A DNA stretch of 64,000 nt from an uncultured Candidatus Saccharibacteria bacterium (lineage in GTDB: Bacteria; Patescibacteriota; Minisyncoccia; Phycocordibacterales; G965230995): the NCBI GenBank assembly GCA_965230995.1, contig OZ246398.1:73868-137867 (forward strand). The letters run 5' to 3'. The notes below the pieces were generated by a model. That model was not told the origin of the DNA and searched no databases. It worked only from the letters and a program-made list of their open reading frames with translations. Positions 19,026 through 29,120 of the stretch are shown piece after piece. A program made the position numbers and the translations under genes. Within the stretch, counting starts at the first letter, position 1, and every line of letters begins with the position of its first letter.

Positions 19026-19373
19026 ATGACACGAGTAAAAGGAGGGGTTAATGCCCTAAAAACAAGACGAAATATCCTAAAGCAGACAAAAGGATACCGA
19101 TTCGGAAGATCAACAAAAGAAGCAGATGCATACCAAGCAATAGTTCACGCTGGGGTCTATTCTTTTGCTCACCGAAGAGACAAAAAGGGAGACTTTAGAA
19201 AGCTTTGGACAGTTCGAATCAATTCTTCATTGGATGATATGGGTTATTCATACAGCAAATTCATTGGAGCTCTAAAAAAGAAAAACATCGAATTAGACCG
19301 AAAAGTACTATCTCAAATAGCGCAAGAAAACTCTGAAGTTTTCAAAAAGATCGCAGAAAAAGCAATGAATTAA
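19026..19373 (+). CDS. rplT: 50S ribosomal protein L20
   Basis: MTRVKGG, DFRKLWTVRIN, LDRKVLS. Confidence 0.97.
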   Translation: MTRVKGGVNALKTRRNILKQTKGYRFGRSTKEADAYQAIVHAGVYSFAHRRDKKGDFRKLWTVRINSSLDDMGYSYSKFIGALKKKNIELDRKVLSQIAQENSEVFKKIAEKAMN

Positions 19374-19377
19374 TTAA

Positions 19378-19410
19378 ATAAAAGCCCCGCGCGAAGCGCG
19401 GGGCTTTTAT
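19378..19410. terminator. Bidirectional terminator
   Basis: AAAAGCCCCGCGC-GAA-GCGCGGGGCTTTT. Confidence 0.8.
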
Positions 19411-19411
19411 T

Positions 19412-19714
19412 TTATTTAATACTCTCTCTCACTTTTTTGAATTCCTCTATTACTTCCCCCACTGCTCTCTTTGCTGTTTTGTCGAAATCAGGATAGATTT
19501 CTTTTATTTCAGAAAAAACTTTTTCGCCTTCTGTTTCAAACCTACTTTCTAAATCTGATAACATTTTGCTATCAATGTGATTTTTTAGGATATCAAAAAT
19601 TCTGTTATGGATAGCATTCCACACATAGCCAATTACTTCTTTTTGTTCATCTTGTGATAGTCCTGATAAGCCAATATAGGAGACAAGAAAGTCATCCAGA
19701 TTATTTGCGGTCAT
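19412..19714 (-). CDS. Small helical hypothetical protein (DUF5663-like, tentative)
   Basis: IGLSGLSQDEQKEV pattern; ATG at 19714 overlaps the end of an upstream 49-aa ORF. Confidence 0.55.
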   Translation of the reverse strand: MTANNLDDFLVSYIGLSGLSQDEQKEVIGYVWNAIHNRIFDILKNHIDSKMLSDLESRFETEGEKVFSEIKEIYPDFDKTAKRAVGEVIEEFKKVRESIK

Positions 19715-19850
19715 ATTCTTTTTCTGCAATATAAGCATTGAGAATTTCGTTTGAAAGCGCCGAGACTAGAGGAGTGTTTGCTTCTTGGTTTTCTACACCA
19801 AGTTCAGCAAATGGAGAGGCTTTTTTTAGTTGTTCAATTTTTTGTTCCAT
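19701..19850 (-). CDS. 49-aa hypothetical protein (not in ORF track)
   Basis: MEQKIEQLKKASPFAELG...EKEYDRK; TATAAT just upstream; overlaps next gene by 14 nt. Confidence 0.45.
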   Translation of the reverse strand: MEQKIEQLKKASPFAELGVENQEANTPLVSALSNEILNAYIAEKEYDRK

Positions 19851-19867
19851 AATGTAATTATTATACT

Positions 19868-21247
19868 CTAAAGCTCAATGTCGTACATCTTGCCTTTTTC
19901 TGGATATAATGCGCTGATGTCGTATTCGTCAACAATTCTCTGTGCCAGATACAAAGAGGACTTTGGTTCACCCATAGCAACAAAAACTTTTTCTAAACTA
20001 TCTACTCCGGTACCAACAAAACCAAGCAAACCATCAGAATCTTTGTGTGACGAATATCCAAGCACACTCACAATCTCACTTTTTACTTTTACGTAATCTT
20101 CTTCGATTTTAATTTTCTTTAGTCCTTCAATTAACTGCCTCCCAACTGTGCCAACCGCCTGATAACCTACCAATATTAGAGTATTTTGTGGATCAGGTAG
20201 GTATTTTTTCTCGTGAGATTGGATCCTACCACCAGCCGACATTCCAGAACCTGCAATAATAATCTTTGCTCCTGGGATGCTATGTATAGCAGAAGAATCA
20301 ATAACGTCTTTGACTAGTTTTAGTTTTGGAAAATCAAATATATCATCACCACTTTTTATTTCTTGTTTTACAAGATTGTTAAATTGTTCTTTGTATCTGC
20401 CATAAACACCTGTGACCTTTATTGCAAGCGGAGAATCCAAAAATACAGGCACAGAAGGGATTTTATGATCTTCGACCATATTGTTTATCTCGTACAAAAT
20501 TACTTGAGTCCTTTCGAGAGAAAATGCAGGAATGAGCACCGTTCCGCCGCGTGCCAAAGTTTTCTTTATGGTCTCTTGCAATTTTCTATCTCTCTCGTCT
20601 TTTGAATCGTGATTTCTATCTCCATAGACACTCTCCATCACCAAATATTTAACTCCTTCTCCAATTGATTCTGTATCAGACAAAAGCGGTGACGGTGAAT
20701 TACCGAGATCTCCTGTAAACATAATTTTTCTGTCTTTGTTTCCGAGAGAAAATTCTACCATTACAGATCCGAGAATGTGTCCAGAATTTTTGAAAAAAAC
20801 ATTTAATTCATCAACTTTAAAATCCTTGTGATATTCTGCTTCTTTCCAAAGCGACATTGTTTTGGTCACTGCTTCTTTTTCATACAGTGGCAAGGTGCCA
20901 TATTTTTCATAGTTATATGACATTATCTTCAGCGCATCTTCAAACATAAGCCCGGCTATTTCTTTTGTTGCCGGAGTAGAATATATGTCTCCATTAAATC
21001 CCATTTCAACCAATCTAGGAATACGACCAATATGATCCATATGTGCGTGAGTCACGAAAAGTGCCGATACTTCACTTGGGTTATATTGGAAAGGTTCGTA
21101 ATTGCTTTTCTCTCCTTCGCGCCCTTCTTGGCAAAGACCACAATCAACAAGATATTTTTTACCTTGTGGTGTTGTGAGCATAAAATTAGCTCCAGTTACA
21201 CTGCCCACACCACCAAAACATGAGAGTTTTAATTTTTTTGTATCCAT
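19868..21247 (-). CDS. MBL-fold beta-CASP ribonuclease
   Basis: THAHMDH, GHILGS, MESVYGDR, SSHKD. Confidence 0.92.
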   Translation of the reverse strand: MDTKKLKLSCFGGVGSVTGANFMLTTPQGKKYLVDCGLCQEGREGEKSNYEPFQYNPSEVSALFVTHAHMDHIGRIPRLVEMGFNGDIYSTPATKEIAGLMFEDALKIMSYNYEKYGTLPLYEKEAVTKTMSLWKEAEYHKDFKVDELNVFFKNSGHILGSVMVEFSLGNKDRKIMFTGDLGNSPSPLLSDTESIGEGVKYLVMESVYGDRNHDSKDERDRKLQETIKKTLARGGTVLIPAFSLERTQVILYEINNMVEDHKIPSVPVFLDSPLAIKVTGVYGRYKEQFNNLVKQEIKSGDDIFDFPKLKLVKDVIDSSAIHSIPGAKIIIAGSGMSAGGRIQSHEKKYLPDPQNTLILVGYQAVGTVGRQLIEGLKKIKIEEDYVKVKSEIVSVLGYSSHKDSDGLLGFVGTGVDSLEKVFVAMGEPKSSLYLAQRIVDEYDISALYPEKGKMYDIEL

Positions 21248-21248
21248 T

Positions 21249-21641
21249 TTATATTTTTTCTTTTTTAATTGAAATTAAAAACACAGCAAAAAATCCAACG
21301 ATGCCGCCGACTATATCCATTAGAATATCAGAGACTGTATCAGGCACATACCATTTTGTATAAGGGACGATATCAAAAACATATTCGAACACTTCCCAGC
21401 CAAGACCCACTAAAAGTGATGCTCCGATAGTATAAAAAAGTATTTCTTTAATAGAAAATTTTGTTTTATCAAACAGAAAAAGATAACCTCCAAGGGCAAT
21501 AAATAATCCCCCTAGAAAATGCATAACAATATCAGTCCAAAGAAATCTCCAATACAAAAAATAAGTCAGAGAAATATTATGAAGTATTGCAATTAAGGCA
21601 ATTAAAAAGAACAGTCCGACAATATATTTTCCTCTGGTCAT
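21249..21641 (-). CDS. Small membrane protein
   Basis: Four TM helices, DIVMHFLGG...WEVFE...DTVSD pattern. Confidence 0.7.
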   Translation of the reverse strand: MTRGKYIVGLFFLIALIAILHNISLTYFLYWRFLWTDIVMHFLGGLFIALGGYLFLFDKTKFSIKEILFYTIGASLLVGLGWEVFEYVFDIVPYTKWYVPDTVSDILMDIVGGIVGFFAVFLISIKKEKI

Positions 21642-21702
21642 ACATATATTCTACCTTTTTTCTTCCAAACAAAAAACCCTTCGCAAGCGATGGGTTTTTT
21701 GT

Positions 21703-21847
21703 AGGGTGTCTGGTAATATTGCCCTAGATAAAATTCTAGGTGGGTGCCCTCAGCAGTCATTTCTCTGAAGAAATTAATCCTCATCGATACAAATGCAATT
21801 TGAGCTCCCTTACAATATGTTAACTAGATAATATTCCAGCTCACCCT
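21703..21847 (-). ncRNA. Candidate 6S-like RNA
   Basis: TATAAT just upstream, paired 5'/3' ends, central A/U-rich bubble, terminator hairpin 21669-21701. Confidence 0.5.
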
Positions 21848-21954
21848 TCTCTATTATACACCTAAATTTTTGATAGCAAAACTTTTTGCAAATTCAAAAC
21901 AAATTCCGTGGCAAGTAAAGATATATTATTATAAAAAATCCTGTACTATTTATA

Positions 21955-22246
21955 GCGGAGACTCGGTAGGGTCACTTAACTTAGTGGGAAGCAAAGGGTT
22001 ACTGACTTCTCGAGCCGAGCGAGCAACAGTCAAAACTCTTCGCCCACGGAGATAGATTTCTCTGTCTTGGGGGCTTGAGAGGCACTCATTGCGGAGGGTT
22101 TGTTCTATCTCCATCGCCGTCCTTTTTGCTTTATGGGGTAGGAACGCGTGCACAGGGATTCGCACTTGGTTTTCGCTTTTGTCCACAACACCAAGCATCC
22201 CGAACACGCCGACATGGGGAGGCTTACGCGAGTCTCCCCTGTCTTT
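21955..22246 (+). ncRNA. Candidate ~290-nt structured RNA of unknown family
   Basis: GGAGACTCG pairs with CGAGTCTCC about 270 nt downstream; nested stems; TACTAT -10 at 21944; strand not certain. Confidence 0.45.
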
Positions 22247-22285
22247 ATATATACAAAAACAGGCTTTGGGCCTGTTTCTGAAATT

Positions 22286-22891
22286 TTATTCAAGTATTCC
22301 GTCTAGGTTCACATCGTAGAGAATTTCTTCTTGCACCAATCTGTAATTTACAATTTCCCCTTCTTTAAACCAGAGATTTATTTCACCTTTTGCTTCGTCC
22401 ACTGTACCCGATGCATGAATTAGATTTCTTATTGCTCTACCAGATGTGTCGGCCATTAAATATGAATCAAGAACAAAGTCACCTCTGATAGTACCAACAT
22501 CAGATGATCTTGGTTCTGTACCTCCAGTTATTTTTCTTACTACTTCGACACTGTGCACACCCTGCCAAACCATAGCAATGACAGGCCCACTTGTAAGATA
22601 TTTTTTAAGGACTTCAACGACATTTTTTCCAACTGCAATTGGGTCATTTGATGGCGGTGTTTGTCCTTTCTTTTTGTAGCTTTCTATAGATTTTTCACCG
22701 ACTTTTCTCATCCATTCTGGATCAAGGAGATAATGCTTTTCGATCAAATCCGCTGTGGGCACAATCATTTTCATTGCAACCAGCTTTAGTCCAGCTCTTT
22801 CGTATCTTTTTATTATTTCTCCTACTAGAGTCCTTTGTATTGCATCTGGTTTAATAACGACTAAGGTTCTCTCGTTCTTTAAATTATCCAT
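22286..22891 (-). CDS. ndk: Nucleoside diphosphate kinase
   Basis: ERTLVVIKPDA, GTIRGDF, RNLIHASG. Confidence 0.95.
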   Translation of the reverse strand: MDNLKNERTLVVIKPDAIQRTLVGEIIKRYERAGLKLVAMKMIVPTADLIEKHYLLDPEWMRKVGEKSIESYKKKGQTPPSNDPIAVGKNVVEVLKKYLTSGPVIAMVWQGVHSVEVVRKITGGTEPRSSDVGTIRGDFVLDSYLMADTSGRAIRNLIHASGTVDEAKGEINLWFKEGEIVNYRLVQEEILYDVNLDGILE

Positions 22892-22953
22892 AGTAAAAAT
22901 ATTAAATTATGCCTAAAATTATGCCCGAAATAGTAAACCAACGCAATAGGACA

Positions 22954-25719
22954 CTATAGATTCTTTGTTGCCTTGTATTTTGCCATTATGGCTTCGTCGA
23001 CTTCTTTTCTGTCTTTACCATATTTTAGACCAGATAATTCTTTGAGAGGTTCGACTTTCTCTTTGTTGCCCTGTTCTGGAGGTAAAATACCTATACTAAA
23101 AGGTTTGATTGGCGTCCCATCCGACAACATTTTTATATAGGCATTTCTATTTTCAATATTCATAAGTTCCCTTGCAGTAAATACAGGTGTAAATTGTTTT
23201 TCAAGGAATTCGGCGTCTTCGGAGCCGACTCTAAAGGCGACCATCGAACCCACGTTACCAAAAACAGAATCACTAATCTTTTCATCAAGCTGTGCGATAA
23301 ATTGATGAGCAATATTTAGAGAAAGTTTATATTTTCTGGCTTCTGACAAAATTGTTGAGATAGAATCCGTGGTAATGTTCTGGAACTCGTCTATATATAG
23401 ATAGAACGGTGGCAAATCCTGACCAAAGGAATCAACACGAGAAAGTGCCGCCATAAGTATTTTACCTACAATAATGAGACCAAGAAGGTTTGCATTTATA
23501 TCACCCAGTCTTCCCTTTGAAAGGTTAACCAAAAGTATTTTCTTTTGATCCATTATTTCACGGAAATTAAAAGATGATTTTTCTTGAGCTACTATCGGAC
23601 GCATAATATCGTTCGAGAGAAAGACGTCGAATTTGCTCGTAATGTATGGCACGATGTTTTTGATATCAGCCTCACCACCAGCTTTGTCTGCGATGTCTCG
23701 CCAGTATCCAACAATTACTGGATTTTTACATCTAGAAAGTTTTAATTCTCTAAAGCCTTTGTCAGCAAGAACCCTCGAAACATCGAGTAGAGTGTTTCCA
23801 GTTTCTGGATCTTCCATCACAAGCATCACTGCATTTCTAAAATACTGTTCGAACATAGGACCACCCGCAACTTTCATATCAAACAATTTGTTGAATATAG
23901 AAAGCATTTCGTTTACCACGAAAGTTTTTTGTTCTGGAAATCTTCTGTCGTATTCAAGCATATTGAGAGAAATCGGTCTCTCAACATTACTTGGATCAAA
24001 ATAGATGACGTCTTCGTATCTTTCTTCTGGTATGGTTGCCAAAATGTCTTGGATATCCGAGCCGTGTGGATCAATCATACAAACTCCCTCTCCGTTTTTG
24101 ATATCCTGAACAACCAAATTTTTGAGGAAGGTTGATTTTCCAGTACCTGTCTGACCGATTGTGTATATGTGTCTCAATCGATCCTCTTTGGACATATATA
24201 TTGGGGTCTCAGAGCTTGAATGTCTGTTTACACCAAGCAAAATTCCCTCTTTAGTGAGCCCTGCTGGAGCCGGAGCCGTAACTAATCTATTGAATTTAAG
24301 ATTACTTGCTGTTTCTATTGCTTTTGTCTGGAAGTGCATTATTGTTGCAACCTCGGAAAGAGAAAGCGGAATATTTTGTGAAGAATTAAAAGTTCGGAAA
24401 GTAAAATTTCTAAGCATATCTGTGAGCGACCCTCGTTTTAATTCCTTCCATACAAAACTGTTGCCTTTTGTGTTTTCAAATTGATTAAAGGCAGATTCGA
24501 TGTCACCCAAAATATCTCTTGCATCTTTTTCTTCTTCTGCTGATACTACAATTCTGATATTTGTTTGAACGATCGGACTACTGATTTTCTTTTTTATTTC
24601 GTCTATAACAGTCTGATCGATTGGATCTTTTTTTTCATCTTCACCTTCTTTTTTCTTTATTGTTTTAAAAATATCTTTGGCTGTTTTGAAAAGCTCCCCT
24701 CCAATAGAATCTGGGATATCTATTGATTCGGACACGTCTTTCCCTTTCATAATTTGCTCGAGGGCATAAGAATATTTTTTTATATAATTATCACCAACTG
24801 GTTTAAAGACAAACTGTATAGATGCTCCCTCGCCTTCTTTTTTCATTTTTGAAAAAGAATTGAGTATTGCGTTTATTGGGTCATGATCAAACAAGTCATA
24901 TGTCTTTATTGGATATATTGGATTTCCACCTGATGTAGCGCAAGCTCCAACGGTGTGACCGTCTTCATTGAAAATATTATAATCGTCTCTTTTTGGTATG
25001 AGCCTTGCTGATGGATATACAGATAGAATATGTTTTTCAAATAATTCTTGTCTTGAATCTGGCATTGCAACAAAAAAAGAATATTCTTCGCCGACATTTG
25101 GCATTGCGAGCTCCATTGTAAAATATTCTAGATTTGGTTCTTTTCCTGTTTGTTGTGAGATAGACATCAAACCTGAAAATAATTGCTCCATCGAAGAAAT
25201 TAATTCTTTGAGTGGTTTTTTATCTTCGTTTTTTTGTTCGGGCAATTGTATTTCAAACAAAGTCATTTTTAATGCTTTCGTGGTCGTATCTTTCGGACTA
25301 AGCCTTGTTTCGTATCCACCTTTTACGAGAGCAACCAACATTCTATGAAAATCGTCCTCGATATGGGGATTTTTCATCTTTGAGATAACAGAAAGAGCAT
25401 TATATACACCTCTTGTTTTTACAAGTGCCATCAATTCGGAAAGTTTTGTATCGTGTTCTTCTGGAGAAATCTTCAAAACAAAACCGGATATTTCGACTTC
25501 AGTCATCTGAGATTTTGGAGCAAGAACATCGTGTGGAAGTTTTTTTCTGTGTAAATCTATTTCGGCTTTGACTAATTTTTCTGTGTCGGGAACCATACCA
25601 GCGTTTTCTGCTGTCTTTTCATGTTCGGCTACTCGTTTCCTGAGATATTCAAGTTCCTCGTAAGGAGTACTAAATTTTTTTTGTTCTTTAAAGAGATCCA
25701 TCGTCCTATTATATACCAT
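22954..25719 (-). CDS. VirD4/TraG-HerA-like P-loop ATPase
   Basis: GQTGTGKST Walker A, IDPHG, LYIDEFQ Walker B, SEARKY; start may be 25701. Confidence 0.85.
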   Translation of the reverse strand: MVYNRTMDLFKEQKKFSTPYEELEYLRKRVAEHEKTAENAGMVPDTEKLVKAEIDLHRKKLPHDVLAPKSQMTEVEISGFVLKISPEEHDTKLSELMALVKTRGVYNALSVISKMKNPHIEDDFHRMLVALVKGGYETRLSPKDTTTKALKMTLFEIQLPEQKNEDKKPLKELISSMEQLFSGLMSISQQTGKEPNLEYFTMELAMPNVGEEYSFFVAMPDSRQELFEKHILSVYPSARLIPKRDDYNIFNEDGHTVGACATSGGNPIYPIKTYDLFDHDPINAILNSFSKMKKEGEGASIQFVFKPVGDNYIKKYSYALEQIMKGKDVSESIDIPDSIGGELFKTAKDIFKTIKKKEGEDEKKDPIDQTVIDEIKKKISSPIVQTNIRIVVSAEEEKDARDILGDIESAFNQFENTKGNSFVWKELKRGSLTDMLRNFTFRTFNSSQNIPLSLSEVATIMHFQTKAIETASNLKFNRLVTAPAPAGLTKEGILLGVNRHSSSETPIYMSKEDRLRHIYTIGQTGTGKSTFLKNLVVQDIKNGEGVCMIDPHGSDIQDILATIPEERYEDVIYFDPSNVERPISLNMLEYDRRFPEQKTFVVNEMLSIFNKLFDMKVAGGPMFEQYFRNAVMLVMEDPETGNTLLDVSRVLADKGFRELKLSRCKNPVIVGYWRDIADKAGGEADIKNIVPYITSKFDVFLSNDIMRPIVAQEKSSFNFREIMDQKKILLVNLSKGRLGDINANLLGLIIVGKILMAALSRVDSFGQDLPPFYLYIDEFQNITTDSISTILSEARKYKLSLNIAHQFIAQLDEKISDSVFGNVGSMVAFRVGSEDAEFLEKQFTPVFTARELMNIENRNAYIKMLSDGTPIKPFSIGILPPEQGNKEKVEPLKELSGLKYGKDRKEVDEAIMAKYKATKNL

Positions 25720-25755
25720 CTACAAAACGAAAAACATACACAGGTGTGTATGTTT

Positions 25756-26526
25756 TTATATCTTTGTTAAAACGATTGGTCCGTCTTTTGTGATCGCAAC
25801 AGTATGTTCGAAATGTGCACTTCTCTTGCCGTCTGCTGTTTTGTAAGTGTAGCCATCATCTGCCAAAATTATCTTTCCTTTTCCTTCGCAAAGCATAGGT
25901 TCTATTGCAATGACCATACCGACAGTTATTTTTTCTCCTGTTCCTTTTTTACCTTTGTTTGGAACATAAGGATCTTCGTGAACCTCGTAACCAACACCGT
26001 GACCCGATAGACCTTCGGCAACTGACAATCCTGCTTTCTTTGCAATATTTCCGATCTCGTAACCAATATCACCAATATTTCCACCAATTCTTATTGCCTT
26101 TATACCAGCTTCGAGAGATTCTCTGGTTGTTTCAACAAGCGAAACAGCCTTTGGGTCTCCACTACCTGTAATAACAGTTCTGGCAGAATCCAAAATAAAA
26201 TTTTTATGAGCAAGACCCATATCGAGACTGACAACGTCCCCATCTTTTATAATCTTTTCTTTTTCGTTGGATATGCCGTGTACGATTTCATCATTTACAG
26301 AAACACAAAGCGCTGAAGGATAAGGGCGATCTGCTCCGTGAGGAGTGTAACCCAAAAAGGCACTCGAATCGCCATAATCTTTTACCATTTTTTCCGCTTT
26401 GTCATTTAATTCTCTTGCAGTAACACCTGGCACAACCATTTTTTCAAGCTCATTTAAAATCAAGGCCAATCTCTTGCCCCCCTCTTTCATTATTTCAATT
26501 TCTTTTTCTGTTTTAAGCCTGATCAT
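25756..26526 (-). CDS. map: Methionine aminopeptidase type I
   Basis: CVSVNDEIVHG, GHGVG..VHEDP, AIEPM, SAHFEHT. Confidence 0.97.
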   Translation of the reverse strand: MIRLKTEKEIEIMKEGGKRLALILNELEKMVVPGVTARELNDKAEKMVKDYGDSSAFLGYTPHGADRPYPSALCVSVNDEIVHGISNEKEKIIKDGDVVSLDMGLAHKNFILDSARTVITGSGDPKAVSLVETTRESLEAGIKAIRIGGNIGDIGYEIGNIAKKAGLSVAEGLSGHGVGYEVHEDPYVPNKGKKGTGEKITVGMVIAIEPMLCEGKGKIILADDGYTYKTADGKRSAHFEHTVAITKDGPIVLTKI

Positions 26527-27130
26527 TAAATAATTTTGCTTTTAATTCCGAAAAGACGCCTTCAATATCCTGATTACCATTTACTTCTATGAATCTAAAC
26601 TTATTCTTATTTCTAAAATAATCAATAGCTGGAATTACAAACTCTCTGTACCAATCCATTCTCTTTTCAACATCGCTTATGAATTGATCGTCTTTTCTGC
26701 CTTCGGTATGTGCCCGATGGAGTATTCTCCTCTTTGATTCTTCGATATCTGTGTTTATAAATACAAGTGCTGGTCTATCTATACCATAGAAATCAAAAGC
26801 TGATTCCATCAATTGCGCGTCCTCAACCCTCCTCGGAGAACCATCAATTATTATGTGCTCGTCTCCTTTTATGTTATTTACTAGATAATCAACCCAAAGC
26901 ATAACTTGAAGAAAGCTTGGCTGAAGACCACCTTTTTTGTTTATCTCTCTCGATAGGTCTGCACTAAAACCAGTTCCATCCTTCCACATAGAACGAAACA
27001 AATCTCCCATCACTAGATTAACAATCGCCGTATCAGGGTCTTGCTTTGCTAAATATTCCTTGAGCAATTTAACCTGGGTGCCCTTTCCGCATCCCGAAGG
27101 TCCAAGAAACATTAGCGCAAGTCTTTTCAT
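26513..27130 (-). CDS. adk: Adenylate kinase family protein, copy 2
   Basis: GPSGCGKGTQ, DGSPR, short LID. Confidence 0.85.
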   Translation of the reverse strand: MKRLALMFLGPSGCGKGTQVKLLKEYLAKQDPDTAIVNLVMGDLFRSMWKDGTGFSADLSREINKKGGLQPSFLQVMLWVDYLVNNIKGDEHIIIDGSPRRVEDAQLMESAFDFYGIDRPALVFINTDIEESKRRILHRAHTEGRKDDQFISDVEKRMDWYREFVIPAIDYFRNKNKFRFIEVNGNQDIEGVFSELKAKLFNDQA

Positions 27131-27727
27131 TTATATATTTATTTTGCTTATTATTTCCTTGTGCACGTCTTCAATTGGTTGCTGTCCATTTACTTCGATG
27201 AAATGATAGTCTGGATTATTTCTGTAAAAATTTACAGCGGGTAGAACCATCGTGTCATACCAATTGACTCTTTTCTTTATGGCTTCTTCGGTATCGTCTT
27301 CTCTTTTTCTTGCGAGTAGTCTTTTGTGTGATTCTTCTTTTGAAACATCAATTACAATAAAATATGGCTTTTCTCTTTTGTAGAATTTCATAGCGGAATC
27401 AAGAGATTGTGCCTCTACAAGAGTTCTTGGTGAACCATCAATAAAAATATGCTCGTCACCTTTTATATTTTTCACGAAAGCTCCTGCCCAAAGCCAAACA
27501 GCGAGAAAATTAGGCTGAAGTTCGCCTCTTTTCATTATTTCATCTGATATGGTGCTTGAATAGTTGTCTTTTTTGTCTATAAATTCTCTAAATCCGTCAC
27601 CAGAATAGTAATTAAAAATATTTTCATTAGGAAATTTTTTAACGATATATTCATTTAATAATTTCCTTTGGGTGCCCTTTCCGCATCCCGATCTTCCTGC
27701 AAATATGAATGTGTGTTTTTTATCCAT
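27131..27727 (-). CDS. adk: Adenylate kinase family protein, copy 1
   Basis: GRSGCGKGTQ, DGSPR, RxDD; follows secY. Confidence 0.85.
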   Translation of the reverse strand: MDKKHTFIFAGRSGCGKGTQRKLLNEYIVKKFPNENIFNYYSGDGFREFIDKKDNYSSTISDEIMKRGELQPNFLAVWLWAGAFVKNIKGDEHIFIDGSPRTLVEAQSLDSAMKFYKREKPYFIVIDVSKEESHKRLLARKREDDTEEAIKKRVNWYDTMVLPAVNFYRNNPDYHFIEVNGQQPIEDVHKEIISKINI

Positions 27728-27814
27728 TACCTCTTATATAACCTGTTAATAATCCATTGTAACCGATTTTGGGAGCTTTTCAAAGCAAAAAACGCCCGAA
27801 GGCGTTTTTTGCTT

Positions 27815-29086
27815 TTAGTATTCTCGCATTGAGACTTGGGCATCCATTTTCTTTACCAGATCTATGACTACCGACACCACGATAAGGAGGGCTGTTCCAC
27901 CAACCATAAGCGATTGGTTTTTTGTAAGAACTTGCATAATTATAGGCAAAACGGCAATCAAACCCAGGAACAGTGCCCCAAACAATGTCAGTCTTGTTGT
28001 TATGCTGGCCAAATGGTCAACGGTTGGTTTTCCTGGTCTTACTCCTGGAATGAAGGCTCCACCCTTTTGAAGATTTTCTGCAATTTTGTTTGGATCAAAA
28101 GTTACTGCTGTATAGAAATATGTAAAGAAGAAAACCAGAACAAAATACAGACCGGCATAAATCCATTGATTCTGAAGCTGTGTAAGCAAGAATTGCGACA
28201 CGCTTGTTACGGAGCTTATATCTAGTCTACTTGCAAATGACAAGATCATCTGAGGAAATAGCAAAATGGATAGAGCAAAGATAATTGGAATAACTCCAGC
28301 CTGGTTCAATCTGATAGGAAGATATGTTGATTGACCTCCCATTGTTTTCATACCTCTAACCTGTTTTGCATAAGTTACCGGAATAGGTCTCTCTGATTCA
28401 GTTATAATCACAACAGCGTATATCACAATAACCGCAATCAACGCTCCGATAATATAAGTCGGAAGCTGTGCTGGGTCATATAATTGAAAGAATCTTATTG
28501 CTGTCTGAGGAATTGCAGAAACGATACCAGCAAAGATAATCAGAGAGACTCCGTTACCGATTCCAAATTCTGTAACCAATTCACCAACCCAAGTAAGAAG
28601 AAGTGATCCCGCAACAGCAACTGTGATAATCACTGCAATCTCAAAAGAAGTTACTTCTCCAAGAATATTTTGTGAACGAAGCAAGCTAATGAAACCAAAA
28701 CCCTGTATCACAGCGAGCGGAACAGTAAGCATTCTCGAATACTGAGTCATTTTTCTTCGTCCAGTATCGCCTTCTTCTTGGTACATAGCCTTTATCTTTG
28801 GCGACATAATTGTCGCAAGCTGCATAATGATCGAAGCTGTAATGTAAGGGCTAACACCAAGCATAATAATAGACATTTGTTTCAAACCACCTCCTGAAAA
28901 TACGTTTATCAAACCGAAAATATCGCTACTTGATAGAAAGTTTTCTAGTAGTGTTGTGTTTATACCGGGAAGCGGAATATTAGCAAAAAGCCTGAACACA
29001 AGAAGAGCACCGAGAGTAAACAAAACTCTTTTTCGCAAAACTCGGTCTTCAAATATCAGCTTTATTTTATGTAATACCTTTTTCAT
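27815..29086 (-). CDS. secY: Preprotein translocase SecY
   Basis: LGVSPYITASII, GIGNGVSLIIF, AGVIPIIFA, IPGVRPG. Confidence 0.98.
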   Translation of the reverse strand: MKKVLHKIKLIFEDRVLRKRVLFTLGALLVFRLFANIPLPGINTTLLENFLSSSDIFGLINVFSGGGLKQMSIIMLGVSPYITASIIMQLATIMSPKIKAMYQEEGDTGRRKMTQYSRMLTVPLAVIQGFGFISLLRSQNILGEVTSFEIAVIITVAVAGSLLLTWVGELVTEFGIGNGVSLIIFAGIVSAIPQTAIRFFQLYDPAQLPTYIIGALIAVIVIYAVVIITESERPIPVTYAKQVRGMKTMGGQSTYLPIRLNQAGVIPIIFALSILLFPQMILSFASRLDISSVTSVSQFLLTQLQNQWIYAGLYFVLVFFFTYFYTAVTFDPNKIAENLQKGGAFIPGVRPGKPTVDHLASITTRLTLFGALFLGLIAVLPIIMQVLTKNQSLMVGGTALLIVVSVVIDLVKKMDAQVSMREY

Positions 29087-29120
29087 AAAGATTGGTTAAT
29101 TAGAAAAGAAAGACGCTCGA

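Noticed and set aside
19412-19850. Programmed frameshift joining the 49-aa and 100-aa ORFs
   Set aside because: An ATG overlapping the upstream stop region explains it as ordinary translational coupling
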